A stretch of 64,000 nt of DNA from an uncultured virus (IMG/VR IMGVR_UViG_3300023117_001979) (Duplodnaviria; Heunggongvirae; Uroviricota; Caudoviricetes). Below, one piece after another: positions 1 to 9,730 of this stretch (positions within the stretch are counted from its first letter, which is position 1; the number at the start of each line of letters is the position of its first letter). The notes beneath the pieces were generated by a model. It was not told the DNA's origin, ran no database searches, and was given only the letters and a program-made list of their open reading frames with translations. A program made the position numbers and the translations under genes. The stretch lies in IMG/VR virus record IMGVR_UViG_3300023117_001979, one strand, 5' to 3'.

Positions 1-279
1 CTTCAATACGACTTGATAGACGGAGTACAGGTTCCGCGCATTAGCTCAAGCTATAACCCGACTCAAACTTACACTCCTCGAAGAGCAAGAAAAGAATGGA
101 GCTCGATTGGTTTAGTAGGAAAACTCTATGTCAGGTCAGCTCAAGCATTAAACGCTGGGAGTAAGTGTAGTGCCAATTCTTCGGGTTATGCTGTAAGTGG
201 AAATGACTATCGCATTCTAAGAGTAATTAGGCAAGCTACATCGACTAACTATGGGATTATTGAAATTTTAATGAAGTGA
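1..279 (+). CDS. C-terminal end (partial) of tail spike/fibre with Peptidase_G2-like intramolecular chaperone domain
   Basis: Frame is open from base 1. YNPTQTYTPRRARKEWSSIGLVGKLYVR...GY...YRILRVI matches the Y-P---Y-PR--R-EW--vGl-Gkl-Vr pattern of Peptidase_G2/IMC domains. Confidence 0.65.
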   Translation, partial: LQYDLIDGVQVPRISSSYNPTQTYTPRRARKEWSSIGLVGKLYVRSAQALNAGSKCSANSSGYAVSGNDYRILRVIRQATSTNYGIIEILMK

Positions 280-283
280 TATT

Positions 284-580
284 ATGGCGTTGCAAATGCA
301 GAAATCGTTCCCCAAATATGGGTTTAGTGCCCCAAATGCATATTTGAAAATTGGTAATATGCAGGTTAATTCATACCCTGGAGGATGGAATGTATCTTTT
401 GAATTGAAGATGTACTTTAGCTCAACTGCAAAAGCAAACGGGAACGCACCAATAGAAATAAGCAGGCATGTAATGAATTATGCTACTAACAGTGCTAATC
501 AAGACCAATACAATATTGTCAAGGCAGCCTATGAGTATTTGAAAACTCTAAACGAATTTTCTGGCGCTTCTGATGTGTAA
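284..580 (+). CDS. small virion-associated hypothetical protein
   Basis: 98 aa. MAL...AYLKI...AYEYLKTLNEF.GA.DV resembles small proteins that follow fibre genes in aquatic viruses. Confidence 0.55.
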   Translation: MALQMQKSFPKYGFSAPNAYLKIGNMQVNSYPGGWNVSFELKMYFSSTAKANGNAPIEISRHVMNYATNSANQDQYNIVKAAYEYLKTLNEFSGASDV

Positions 581-622
581 TCGCCGTTTCCTTTATCTTC
601 ACCCCCAAGCTGATTAGCTATT

Positions 623-2173
623 ATGACAGTAACTGATGCGACGCAACAGACAAGCCAAAGTGCATTGTCTATGAACATTGAACACGCACAAGTAGTAGCC
701 AATACAGTTAGGAGTACACTTGGCCCGAAAGGACTAGACAAAATGCTTACCGATGCTGGTGGCCGTGTTACCATTACTAATGACGGTGCTACTATTCTTC
801 GTAATGTAAACTGGGTCTCACCAATTGCTAAGAAGATTGTTGAGGTTGCTCGTACCCAAGAAGAGCAGTGCTACGATGGGACGACTACGGCAATTATTTT
901 GACTGCTGAGTTGCTCAAGAAAGCAGAATTACTTCTTGAAAGCGGTGTTCATCCAACTACTATTGTTGAAGGTTATAGGACAGCAGCTTTGAAGAGTAAG
1001 GACTTCCTTACTGAGATGGTAATTGACCCTGATGAAGAAATGCTTCTTGCTATTGCAAAGACCGCTATGACCGGTAAAAGTGCAGAAGGTGAAAGGGATT
1101 TGTTGGCCAAACTTTGCTTAGAAGTCGTCGAAGCATCACGCCCTGAAGCAGTTCATATTATGACACGAACCGGCTCTCCTATTTCCGAATCATTTTCTCC
1201 TAACGGTATTGTCATCGGGCGACAAAAGTTTCATTCTGCTATGCCCACCGAGCTGACACATGTCAAAGTTGCACTTCTTGACGGCGGATTGGAATTGGAA
1301 GCCTTTGGGCAAGGAGTAAATTTGAACCTTGGCTCATATAGCGAGTCACTAGAATACCAAAAGGGCCGAAAAGAAGCCCTAAAGTCAATGGCTGACCATT
1401 TCATTAACTTGGGTGCAAACCTAGTCCTGGTAACGAAAAATATTGACCCATGGATTGCGGAGTACTTTGCTCGCCAAGGCGTTTTAGCTGCTCGTCGATG
1501 CGCTGCCTCTAACTTAGAAGCAGTTGCCCAAGCCACTGACGGTTTGATTGTATCAGGCTATGAAGATTTAGAAGAAAGCGACCTAGGTACTGCCGGTCGC
1601 CTTGAAGAGATTCTCCAAGAAGGCCAGCCACCATTTATGTTGCTTCACGATACTCCTAACAATGATGCCTCTTCTCTTGTTATTTGTGCGCCTACTGAAG
1701 AAGTAGCCAATGAAATCCGCCGAGCGATGGATGATGCTATGGGAGTAGTGTGGGTTGCTAAGAATGAAGGCAAAATTGTTCCTGGCGGTAGCGCTCCTCA
1801 AGTTGAAATGGCTAACCGGCTACGGACTTACGCTGCTTCTGTCGGTGGGCGTGAATCTTTGGCTGTCGAAGCGTTTGCTGATTCACTAGAAATTGTTCCT
1901 AGGACTCTTGCTGAAAATGCGGGCCTATCTCCTATTGACACCCTAATGGAGCTTAGGAAAGCACATAGCAACTCAGATGGAAAGACTTCTAGTATGAGTT
2001 ATGGGCTCAATGTATATACCGGGGAAGTTGTTGATATGCTCAAAGAGGGCGTGATTGAGCCCGAAAAGGTAGTCAGGCAGGCTATGGAGTCTGCTACTGA
2101 AACAGCAGTAATGGTTCTTCGCATTGATGATATTATTAGTGCAAAAGAACCCGAAATAGAAGATTTAGTGTGA
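623..2173 (+). CDS. ths: group II chaperonin (thermosome subunit)
   Basis: STLGPKGLDKML, TITNDGATIL, DGTTTA, VPGG, PRTLAENAGL, VIEP, ATETAVMVLRIDDII. Confidence 0.96.
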   Translation: MTVTDATQQTSQSALSMNIEHAQVVANTVRSTLGPKGLDKMLTDAGGRVTITNDGATILRNVNWVSPIAKKIVEVARTQEEQCYDGTTTAIILTAELLKKAELLLESGVHPTTIVEGYRTAALKSKDFLTEMVIDPDEEMLLAIAKTAMTGKSAEGERDLLAKLCLEVVEASRPEAVHIMTRTGSPISESFSPNGIVIGRQKFHSAMPTELTHVKVALLDGGLELEAFGQGVNLNLGSYSESLEYQKGRKEALKSMADHFINLGANLVLVTKNIDPWIAEYFARQGVLAARRCAASNLEAVAQATDGLIVSGYEDLEESDLGTAGRLEEILQEGQPPFMLLHDTPNNDASSLVICAPTEEVANEIRRAMDDAMGVVWVAKNEGKIVPGGSAPQVEMANRLRTYAASVGGRESLAVEAFADSLEIVPRTLAENAGLSPIDTLMELRKAHSNSDGKTSSMSYGLNVYTGEVVDMLKEGVIEPEKVVRQAMESATETAVMVLRIDDIISAKEPEIEDLV

Positions 2174-2174
2174 G

Positions 2175-2972
2175 ATGATAAAAATGCAAAGCGGAATACC
2201 AATCGGAACAAACCCTATTCTTGAAACTCTAATGTTCGGGAATGGGCAACAAGAAATGACAGATGAAATGCAAGAATATCGTGAAAGGCAAAAGGAGTCG
2301 GAGTTGCGACTCCTTGGAACCATGCTCTTTCAATCTATTTTGCTAGCATTTTGTATTCTATTGTATGTAAACTGGAGTTGGAGCCATTTTGATAGCTCCT
2401 ATGAGTCTGCTATCTTCTATGGCTTTGCAGGGTTTTCAGTACAAGCAGCATTTTACTTCATTTACCGTGCAGTCTTTGAAGACTCTAGCGACCATCGCCG
2501 CCAACTAAAGCGTATGCGCACTAAGAACCGCCAACGCATGGCTCACCTAAAATTCCAGCAAGAAAAGTCTCAGCTAGAAGCAGTACTCAACCAGCAAATG
2601 GGTATTTATCAAGCAAACCTAAATCAGGCTATGGCTGATAGTGTGATAACCCCAAAAGAATCGGAGGTGCTGGCGGGAAACTTGAGCGACATTCAAAACC
2701 TAATGGCTCAATTACAAGTGCTTCAACAAATGCAACAAACCCCGCAACAAACTCAACCAGTCCAACGCCAGCCAGTGACAGCCGAATCCTTGGGAATCGA
2801 CCGCCACCGAATCATGGGTATTCCAGTTGGACCGAAGCTGACTTTGGACTCTTCTTTACCGAAATCATCACCCGACTCGACCGTCTTGAATCTCACACCT
2901 CAAGGGACTCAAGACCAAATAGTAGTCGAAGAAGCAGCTCAGTTGGAACAAGCAGCAGAAACACTTCAGTGA
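2175..2972 (+). CDS. membrane protein (2 TM helices, coiled coil, Gln-rich tail)
   Basis: Hydrophobic segments LLGTMLFQSILLAFCILLYVNW and AIFYGFAGFSVQAAFYFIY. Confidence 0.75.
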   Translation: MIKMQSGIPIGTNPILETLMFGNGQQEMTDEMQEYRERQKESELRLLGTMLFQSILLAFCILLYVNWSWSHFDSSYESAIFYGFAGFSVQAAFYFIYRAVFEDSSDHRRQLKRMRTKNRQRMAHLKFQQEKSQLEAVLNQQMGIYQANLNQAMADSVITPKESEVLAGNLSDIQNLMAQLQVLQQMQQTPQQTQPVQRQPVTAESLGIDRHRIMGIPVGPKLTLDSSLPKSSPDSTVLNLTPQGTQDQIVVEEAAQLEQAAETLQ

Positions 2973-3056
2973 GGTGTATAGGAACCACTGCCAAAGGCGG
3001 GTTATGTTCAAGAATGGTAAAGGAAGGAGAAAGGTGTTGGCAACACAGGTGAGGGT

Positions 3057-3275
3057 ATGGGCGTAATTTTCCGCGATGACTATGATGACCAGCAAGAGTC
3101 ACTAATGAAAAGTATTGCAATCGGCAATACATGGCAATATCGAATTTTTAAAATTAAAGCACTTGTATGGGGTACTATTGCTTCCCTCACCACAGGTGGA
3201 GTCGCCTTACTTGTGGACTATGCAGTTTACAAGACAACAGACTATGCAAATATAATGTCTTGGCTATTGGGGTGA
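3057..3275 (+). CDS. small membrane protein
   Basis: 72 aa with a TM segment. AGGTGAGGG RBS-like sequence upstream. Confidence 0.65.
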   Translation: MGVIFRDDYDDQQESLMKSIAIGNTWQYRIFKIKALVWGTIASLTTGGVALLVDYAVYKTTDYANIMSWLLG

Positions 3276-3279
3276 TTTT

Positions 3280-4014
3280 TTGGTTGATGCTTTTAGTGCT
3301 GGCGTAATTGTCGTAGCACATGGCTTTTGGAAAGTCGTTGATTACGCAGGGCGTTTTGTTACTCATAATGTTGGGATTTATGGCGCAACACAAGCTGGTA
3401 AAACAACCCTAGACCAGCAGCTAATGACCGAAGGCTATGTTGAACCATTAGATGAAAGGCATCGCACCCATCACAAAAAGAAATGGCTTTCTAGGCACTA
3501 TCAATTGCCTAGCACCACGGCAAAAAGAGTAAGGTCAGAAGGACTATCCAAAACCGTTGTTTCTCGTGATATTGGTGGCCATACACAATACATGCCAATG
3601 TGGATTCAAGATATGTACCGACGGCGGGTGCAAACACTCGTAGTAGTCATAGACCATCGGCATTTACAAGACCGAAATAATACTGATAATCAATTAGCGG
3701 TAGGATATATTGTCGATTATCTAGCAAATGGGAGAAAGCCAAAGGGAATCGGGCTAATTGCCCGAATTAAAGCTAGAAAATGGCGACCAAAAAGAATTCT
3801 AATACTTGCAAACAAAGCAGACTTATGGCTAGACGAAGATGGTTACTCTCAATGGGAAAGAGGGCTAATTTCTGAGCACAGTATTTTTGAGCCATTTAAA
3901 GAAAGCTTATATCAACTCCAAAAGCTGCAGATACCAGTAAGGGTGGACGCTATGTCGGCAACCGTAGGCTGGAATGTCGAAGATGCTTTAATGAGGGGGT
4001 TTAACGACTTATGA
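3280..4014 (+). CDS. small Ras-superfamily (Arf/Roc-like) GTPase
   Basis: G1 GATQAGKT, G2 T (PSTT), G3 DIGG, G4 NKAD, G5 SA, in the correct order and spacing. TTG start after GGGGTGA. Confidence 0.85.
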   Translation: MVDAFSAGVIVVAHGFWKVVDYAGRFVTHNVGIYGATQAGKTTLDQQLMTEGYVEPLDERHRTHHKKKWLSRHYQLPSTTAKRVRSEGLSKTVVSRDIGGHTQYMPMWIQDMYRRRVQTLVVVIDHRHLQDRNNTDNQLAVGYIVDYLANGRKPKGIGLIARIKARKWRPKRILILANKADLWLDEDGYSQWERGLISEHSIFEPFKESLYQLQKLQIPVRVDAMSATVGWNVEDALMRGFNDL

Positions 4015-4766
4015 ATAGTGAAGAACGAATGACACAACTTATGGGACAGCTACCGCAGAACCGTGGTCTTGATTGGGACGCCGTTATGCCAGTAATTGAA
4101 TTTACTTTTAGTACACACCCTGACCCTGTAAAGGCTCGAAAGCAGAACATCAAAAAGGCGCTAAAGACGCTCAAACCTACTAAGCGAATCACTGGTTTCT
4201 TTGGCTATAAGTTTGCTAACGCACCTTTCCGTTGTGTAATTACTGGAGTGGATTGTCGCAATATGGACTATGGGGATTTGTTCAATCAATATTTCCGTGA
4301 CCCTAGTACAATGCAGCCACGACCCTTTAGGCCCTGGACCGGAGTCATGGATGGAAAAGGCCGTCAATTGAATGGGACATACTGCCCACAAGCCATGCAG
4401 CTCTATCATTTGCTTCAAGAATGGATTGAACAAGAAGAAGCTGAAAACGAGCGTGGCTTCTTCAAAGCTATGAAAAAGAAGGGGGTCAGCTTTGTACCAA
4501 TTAAGAAATCTCCAAAGAAACAAGAGTCGCCACTTATTGTAAAGTGGACTCCCGCATTCATTGAGGCTCAGCGTGATGGACTACCTATTATTCATTACAA
4601 GAACCCCATGACAGGTGAAAACGACATTACCATGATTGTTTTTGATAACCGATTACTAGCTAATACCATGCCTCAGAACACTACCTTGGGTAGTAACATG
4701 AGTGTTGAGCAATACTACAAGATGATTGAACAGGCAGCCCAGCAAGAAGAAAGTAACCCTCAATAA
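4011..4766 (+). CDS. hypothetical protein
   Basis: 251-aa ORF with ATGA overlap to the GTPase gene. Confidence 0.75.
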   Translation: MNSEERMTQLMGQLPQNRGLDWDAVMPVIEFTFSTHPDPVKARKQNIKKALKTLKPTKRITGFFGYKFANAPFRCVITGVDCRNMDYGDLFNQYFRDPSTMQPRPFRPWTGVMDGKGRQLNGTYCPQAMQLYHLLQEWIEQEEAENERGFFKAMKKKGVSFVPIKKSPKKQESPLIVKWTPAFIEAQRDGLPIIHYKNPMTGENDITMIVFDNRLLANTMPQNTTLGSNMSVEQYYKMIEQAAQQEESNPQ

Positions 4767-4795
4767 CACTAAAAACATTCAAGTGTAATTAGTGC

Positions 4796-5521
4796 TTGCC
4801 CTTACTTATGGGGCTATTTAACTCAAACACCGGCAACTCCCTGACACCTGCGGGACTCGGTGCTGGACCTAGTGACGCACAAAAACAACTATTTGCTAAT
4901 GCAGCTCAAGACTCAGGCCTAGCAGCTATGGGCATGGGTATGGTCGACCAAATGACTGGCGGCATGCAAAATGAAGACCAAGTGAAGCTACTTTACCAAC
5001 TAATGGCAGCTCACCCTAATCAGGTTTCCCTGTTCCTCCTTAGCTACCCTAATTTTTTAGCCGAGCTGATTAACACTATTGCCCTTGTAGTCAAGAAAGA
5101 AGTATTTACGCTTCTCAACTCGGACATGTTCCCAGGTATCAAGGCACAAGTTGATTCGCCTAACTACGCAGCTTACAGCTCAATTACTCAAGAAAATATC
5201 GACGCTCAGCTTGCTAAGGTCGTTCCTCCTCAGCAACTTCAAATGGAAGTTCAACAAAATGACATGATGGCTATGAATCTCATGAATGGTCACCAACAGC
5301 ACATGATGATGAATAACCAACAACAAATGTACCAGCAACAAATGTACCAACAACAAATGATGCAACAGCAAATGCCACAACGCCAAGGAATGGGGACTGC
5401 ACTAGCAGGCTTTGGTTCTTCTCTAATTCGTGGAAGTCTAGGTTTACCCCCTGCGCAACAGCAGACTACGGGGCAACCAATGATGGGGCAACCCATGACC
5501 GGCTATCCTCAACAATATTGA
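4796..5521 (+). CDS. Gln/Met/Gly-rich low-complexity protein (start may be ATG 4808)
   Basis: 241-aa ORF with QQMYQ repeats and a GQPM repeat tail. Confidence 0.75.
   Translation: MPLLMGLFNSNTGNSLTPAGLGAGPSDAQKQLFANAAQDSGLAAMGMGMVDQMTGGMQNEDQVKLLYQLMAAHPNQVSLFLLSYPNFLAELINTIALVVKKEVFTLLNSDMFPGIKAQVDSPNYAAYSSITQENIDAQLAKVVPPQQLQMEVQQNDMMAMNLMNGHQQHMMMNNQQQMYQQQMYQQQMMQQQMPQRQGMGTALAGFGSSLIRGSLGLPPAQQQTTGQPMMGQPMTGYPQQY
5321..5380 (+). repeat. 15-nt tandem coding repeat x4 (QQMYQ/QQMYQ/QQMMQ/QQMPQ)
   Basis: caacaaatgtaccag caacaaatgtaccaa caacaaatgatgcaa cagcaaatgccacaa. Confidence 0.9.
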
Positions 5522-5531
5522 GGGTGGTCAA

Positions 5532-8500
5532 ATGAGAGAGCTTGCTGACTATCAAGCGATGCCTAAGCGGGTAAGTCCGCTAATGCAAGAGATAGAAAGC
5601 ACAAAGGCTCTCCAAGATGAACAGATTACTCTAGCATATGCGGAAAAGGAATTACTTCTTTACTACATTAGCGGGGGTAATGTAACGCCCACGAAAACTA
5701 ATGTAGTGGACAAAGTTAGGGCTGAAGACCAAGACCTTAGAGGCTGGTTTACAGAAACTTATGGAGATTATTTTAATCACCTTACTAGCGCAGTTGAAAA
5801 TGGAAAAGCCCACAAAATTAGAGTTACACAAATAATTTCTGACTTCAATACAAATGACTATGGATTCACACTTAGAGCCGGAGCTGTAAACACATACCAT
5901 ATTGGGAAAATTGTCACTCATGCTAACAAAGTATATACTCATCGAAAAGAGGCGATAAATTACTCGACAAAACTTGCTACATCTTGTTCTAAACTACTTT
6001 TTAGTGGAGAGCCGCCCAATAATAATGTATTTGACATTCTTCACTCATCTATTCGTAATTGGTACGAAATTCAAGGTATTACGATTAGTCTCCCATTTGA
6101 AAAGTTATTGTCCAGTGGAAAAATAACCAGTGGAGATAAGCACATCAGCTATATTGCTACTGTTATTCTTTCACTATTTGACATGCACAAGTTTGCTATG
6201 GCTCCGGATAACTGGCACAACTTTGTATTGCCAAAGGCTGATGTAAACGGCTATACACCTGAAAACATCGCCAACATGCTCAATGCTATTGATGGAGTTG
6301 GAGAGCTAACTGCTAGTAACATTTACAACGAGCAGAGCAAAATGCAACAGGAGCTTAGAACTTTGCTAACTACCGTAGAAGAAGCAAAGAGCAAAGGCTG
6401 GCACGAACCACCCAAAGTGACCCAGGATTTGCTGAATAGTCTTCAAGAGACTTACAACAAGTGGATAGCCAATAGCAGTTTTGCAACACAAGAGGTAAAA
6501 GACAAATGGGCCACGGCTATGAATAATATTGAGGTCGGCGGTACTTTACCAAGAGGACTATGGTATCACGAAGCCGTTGAACAAGCAACCTCCTTCTTTG
6601 GAGGAAATAAAAGAATCGTTAAAACTGATGACCTTTACATCAATTATGATACATACATCAACTATTTTTCTAACTATGAACGAAAAAAATTGGAATTTGA
6701 GGCATTACAAACTCAACGAGAGGCAGCTATGGAAAGTGATGATATAGCTAACTTTCACAAACTAACAGCTATTGACATTTTGACTGCCTTGCCCGATGAA
6801 GAAGACGGTGTAGTAACCACATATAAGTCCAAGTGGGTTAGTTATGTCTATGCTCGTGTAAAGGCAGCTTATGGCTTATCCTATCAGACCTACAAGTTTG
6901 AATTAGGAAAAAATCTAGATGGCTCGCCAAAATATGCACAGTTTCCAGCTTTATATATCCCAAGTAGGTATGCTCAAAACATTACTAATAATGACTATGT
7001 TGACATTTCTAAAATCATTTACTTTTACGGAAAGGCCCTGATGGGTGTTTCACCGACAGCTTATTGGACTTCTAACTTGTCCTACCGACTGTTTATTCGA
7101 CAAGAAGGAAATGATAATACTGGAGTTTATTCAGTTGGTTACTTGTATGAAGCTAACATGAAAACTGGCGGAATTAAAAGTGACTATACTGTTATTGGTA
7201 AGGTTTCAGGAGAGATTGAATCAGCTATGGCGCTCTTAGGAGCTTTCTTACCTGATGTTCCATTATACAAGCCAGGCGAAAACCCACGGCTTACTGGCGA
7301 GCTAAAGTCATCCTATGAAGCACAAGTAAGTGACAACCCAGCGCTCAAAAGCTGGATTACTAACCCTAACAAGGGGCAGTTTAACTATGCCTATGTAACT
7401 AACAGCTCTTGGGACCCAGTATACCACTTAAATCCTAAATTACAAACTAGAAGTGCCACATATCTATTAGGTACACGAGGTGGAAAGTGGTATGAAAAAG
7501 TTTCAAACTCTAACCCAGCTATTGGAAATACACATACAGATTGGCTTAGAGCCACAACTTACAGCGGCTCAAAATTCAAAGGAATAAGCACATTCAAGCC
7601 TTCGCTGAAAACGCTTCGCTATGACCCCCTAGGTTCTTATCTTGACAGTCCTGAATTTTACAGCGCAAGAAACGCTGCGCAAGCAACTAAGCTGTTCCTT
7701 GTAGCATACCCATCAAGGGCCACTGAAAAGATTGTTGAGTTTATGAATTCTGTACCTAGCCGAATAGCAGACTTACTAAACCAGGCTACTAATATTGCAA
7801 ACAGCCCTTGGTATGAAAGGGGGTCAGCAGTAGCACAGTGGCGAAAGGCAACGCTCTTTGGTGGCTGGAATGCCATTGAAAGCAACTGGGCAGAAATTCC
7901 AAGAAAAAAATATGACCGCGTTCCAGGTTCTAGAAGTACCAATGAAACCTTTTACGACAAAAGGGCGTTCCTCGATATTATAGAGCCAATGGCTACTTTC
8001 CTATTTGACCGTACAGAATCTTTGTTCATTAAAGACCCCGCCACTCTTATTGAACGAGCTTATGCAAAGCTATTGCAAAGTAAGCCAGCACTACCAAAGG
8101 ATGTTAAGAGTGGCCTTCACTACTACAACATTACAAACTGCTATGATGTAACTGACTTCGGTGATGTTTACCATGACTATATGGCACTTCTTGGAGCTAT
8201 TACTTACTTTAACTCATACCACATGCTTCTTGATACTGGCACTGTAAGAACATACCCTGAATGGTGCAAGCCTTTCAAAGGCAGAATTGATGCACTCGTT
8301 ACCAGTGTCATTGGTAACGCCAGCCAGGTTATTATCTATGATACTGTCATTAATGATACCGAAGATGTTTCCAGTGTGCATCAAGTGTTGAATTCTCTTG
8401 GCACTCATGAAGGCATGACAGAAATGCCAGTCTTTGATATTCCCGAATTCCATGTCAAGTGGGTTTCAAGGGGACCTACTTCAAAAATCATAGACAATCC

Positions 8501-8924
8501 ATTTGCAGGTGGAATCCCTCAGGTTCCAGTAGGAGGTCTTGAAGCTCAAGCTTTCCCAGGACTAAACAATACCTATGGAGATGTATTTTACGAAGCTATC
8601 ACTAATACAGCGGTTCTCCAACCAGTATTCCGCCAGCAAATCACAAACATGTACATGTACTCTACTCTTAGGATTCCTGTCAACACCCGTGGAGTAAGCT
8701 CTAAAATTTACGGCATGCGCCCAGGGGCTACTTACTCATTCGACAGCCAAGCCGTATCTTCAGGCAAAATCAGAAACCTAAAAAGCGGTGGCTCCGGACA
8801 AGTGACATATACGGGACTAGCTGCTGGTAGTGGCTTAATCTTTATTGGCCTTATAGGAGCAACCATGCTACGGAACATAAACAACGAAAGAGCATTTTCT
8901 GACCAGCGGTGGAAAATTGAATGA
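5532..8924 (+). CDS. large (1130 aa) putative virion protein with C-terminal membrane anchor
   Basis: Long ORF. C-terminal TM GLAAGSGLIFIGLIGATML followed by basic residues. GAGGGTGG RBS. Confidence 0.75.
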   Translation: MRELADYQAMPKRVSPLMQEIESTKALQDEQITLAYAEKELLLYYISGGNVTPTKTNVVDKVRAEDQDLRGWFTETYGDYFNHLTSAVENGKAHKIRVTQIISDFNTNDYGFTLRAGAVNTYHIGKIVTHANKVYTHRKEAINYSTKLATSCSKLLFSGEPPNNNVFDILHSSIRNWYEIQGITISLPFEKLLSSGKITSGDKHISYIATVILSLFDMHKFAMAPDNWHNFVLPKADVNGYTPENIANMLNAIDGVGELTASNIYNEQSKMQQELRTLLTTVEEAKSKGWHEPPKVTQDLLNSLQETYNKWIANSSFATQEVKDKWATAMNNIEVGGTLPRGLWYHEAVEQATSFFGGNKRIVKTDDLYINYDTYINYFSNYERKKLEFEALQTQREAAMESDDIANFHKLTAIDILTALPDEEDGVVTTYKSKWVSYVYARVKAAYGLSYQTYKFELGKNLDGSPKYAQFPALYIPSRYAQNITNNDYVDISKIIYFYGKALMGVSPTAYWTSNLSYRLFIRQEGNDNTGVYSVGYLYEANMKTGGIKSDYTVIGKVSGEIESAMALLGAFLPDVPLYKPGENPRLTGELKSSYEAQVSDNPALKSWITNPNKGQFNYAYVTNSSWDPVYHLNPKLQTRSATYLLGTRGGKWYEKVSNSNPAIGNTHTDWLRATTYSGSKFKGISTFKPSLKTLRYDPLGSYLDSPEFYSARNAAQATKLFLVAYPSRATEKIVEFMNSVPSRIADLLNQATNIANSPWYERGSAVAQWRKATLFGGWNAIESNWAEIPRKKYDRVPGSRSTNETFYDKRAFLDIIEPMATFLFDRTESLFIKDPATLIERAYAKLLQSKPALPKDVKSGLHYYNITNCYDVTDFGDVYHDYMALLGAITYFNSYHMLLDTGTVRTYPEWCKPFKGRIDALVTSVIGNASQVIIYDTVINDTEDVSSVHQVLNSLGTHEGMTEMPVFDIPEFHVKWVSRGPTSKIIDNPFAGGIPQVPVGGLEAQAFPGLNNTYGDVFYEAITNTAVLQPVFRQQITNMYMYSTLRIPVNTRGVSSKIYGMRPGATYSFDSQAVSSGKIRNLKSGGSGQVTYTGLAAGSGLIFIGLIGATMLRNINNERAFSDQRWKIE

Positions 8925-8942
8925 AAGAAACTACTAAGATGA

Positions 8943-9203
8943 GTGACCCATTGGAGTGATATAATGCTGCATGACAAGTATATGAAAAATGGCCCTCAGG
9001 CCGGTTCAGGCTTTATTTTGCCTAAGTCAGGCAAAACTTTGCAGTGGTGGCTAGGTGCTGGACTAGTTTATGCTGGACTTGGCGCCCCTGGCGCTGGCAA
9101 AGTTATTAGAGAAATTGCAGCAATTATCGACAAGCCCCAATATTTTGCTAAAGTAGTATCTATGGGTGTAGGCGGCGTCTTAGTATTAAGTGCGTCGAGT
9201 TGA
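8943..9203 (+). CDS. small Gly-rich membrane protein
   Basis: Two hydrophobic Gly-rich segments. Confidence 0.6.
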   Translation: MTHWSDIMLHDKYMKNGPQAGSGFILPKSGKTLQWWLGAGLVYAGLGAPGAGKVIREIAAIIDKPQYFAKVVSMGVGGVLVLSASS

Positions 9204-9730
9204 TAATCATGAGAAATGCGAAAGAAGTTAAGGTAGTACATAGGTGGAGAGCAGACGATTTTGATGGGGAAATACCACTAAGCGGAGATGATGAAATGCT
9301 AGGTACTGCTATGAAAATGGCTAATGGAGTAGGTCAACTTTCAGGCATTGTCGAAGACTCTAAGCCTGCTATTCAAACTGCTGCGTGGCTTTCGTTTTAT
9401 GGTGGCGGAGGTCTTGTAGCTGGAAACACACTAGCTGCGTACTTAATCAGTGACAGTACTATTGACGCAGATGTGGACTTAAAGCGTATGTCCTACCGAC
9501 TTGGCTATTTGGCAGTTAGCGGTGTTGGTAACTGGTGGGCTAATGGAGTACCTTCAGGAGCAGGTGAATGGACTCGTGCAGTAGGAGTAGGCAGCGGAAG
9601 CTTCATTTTTTCTGTTAGGAGAGCACTTCAAAAGGGCTCCGTGAAAAATAAAATGCTATACGCTGGATTAGCAAGCTATGGTGTAGCAGCAATTTCATAT
9701 GGATGGAGTCGTAGTAAGTGGGGTAAGTAG
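9200..9730 (+). CDS. multi-pass Gly-rich membrane protein
   Basis: Several hydrophobic GxxxG-rich segments. Confidence 0.65.
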   Translation: MIIMRNAKEVKVVHRWRADDFDGEIPLSGDDEMLGTAMKMANGVGQLSGIVEDSKPAIQTAAWLSFYGGGGLVAGNTLAAYLISDSTIDADVDLKRMSYRLGYLAVSGVGNWWANGVPSGAGEWTRAVGVGSGSFIFSVRRALQKGSVKNKMLYAGLASYGVAAISYGWSRSKWGK

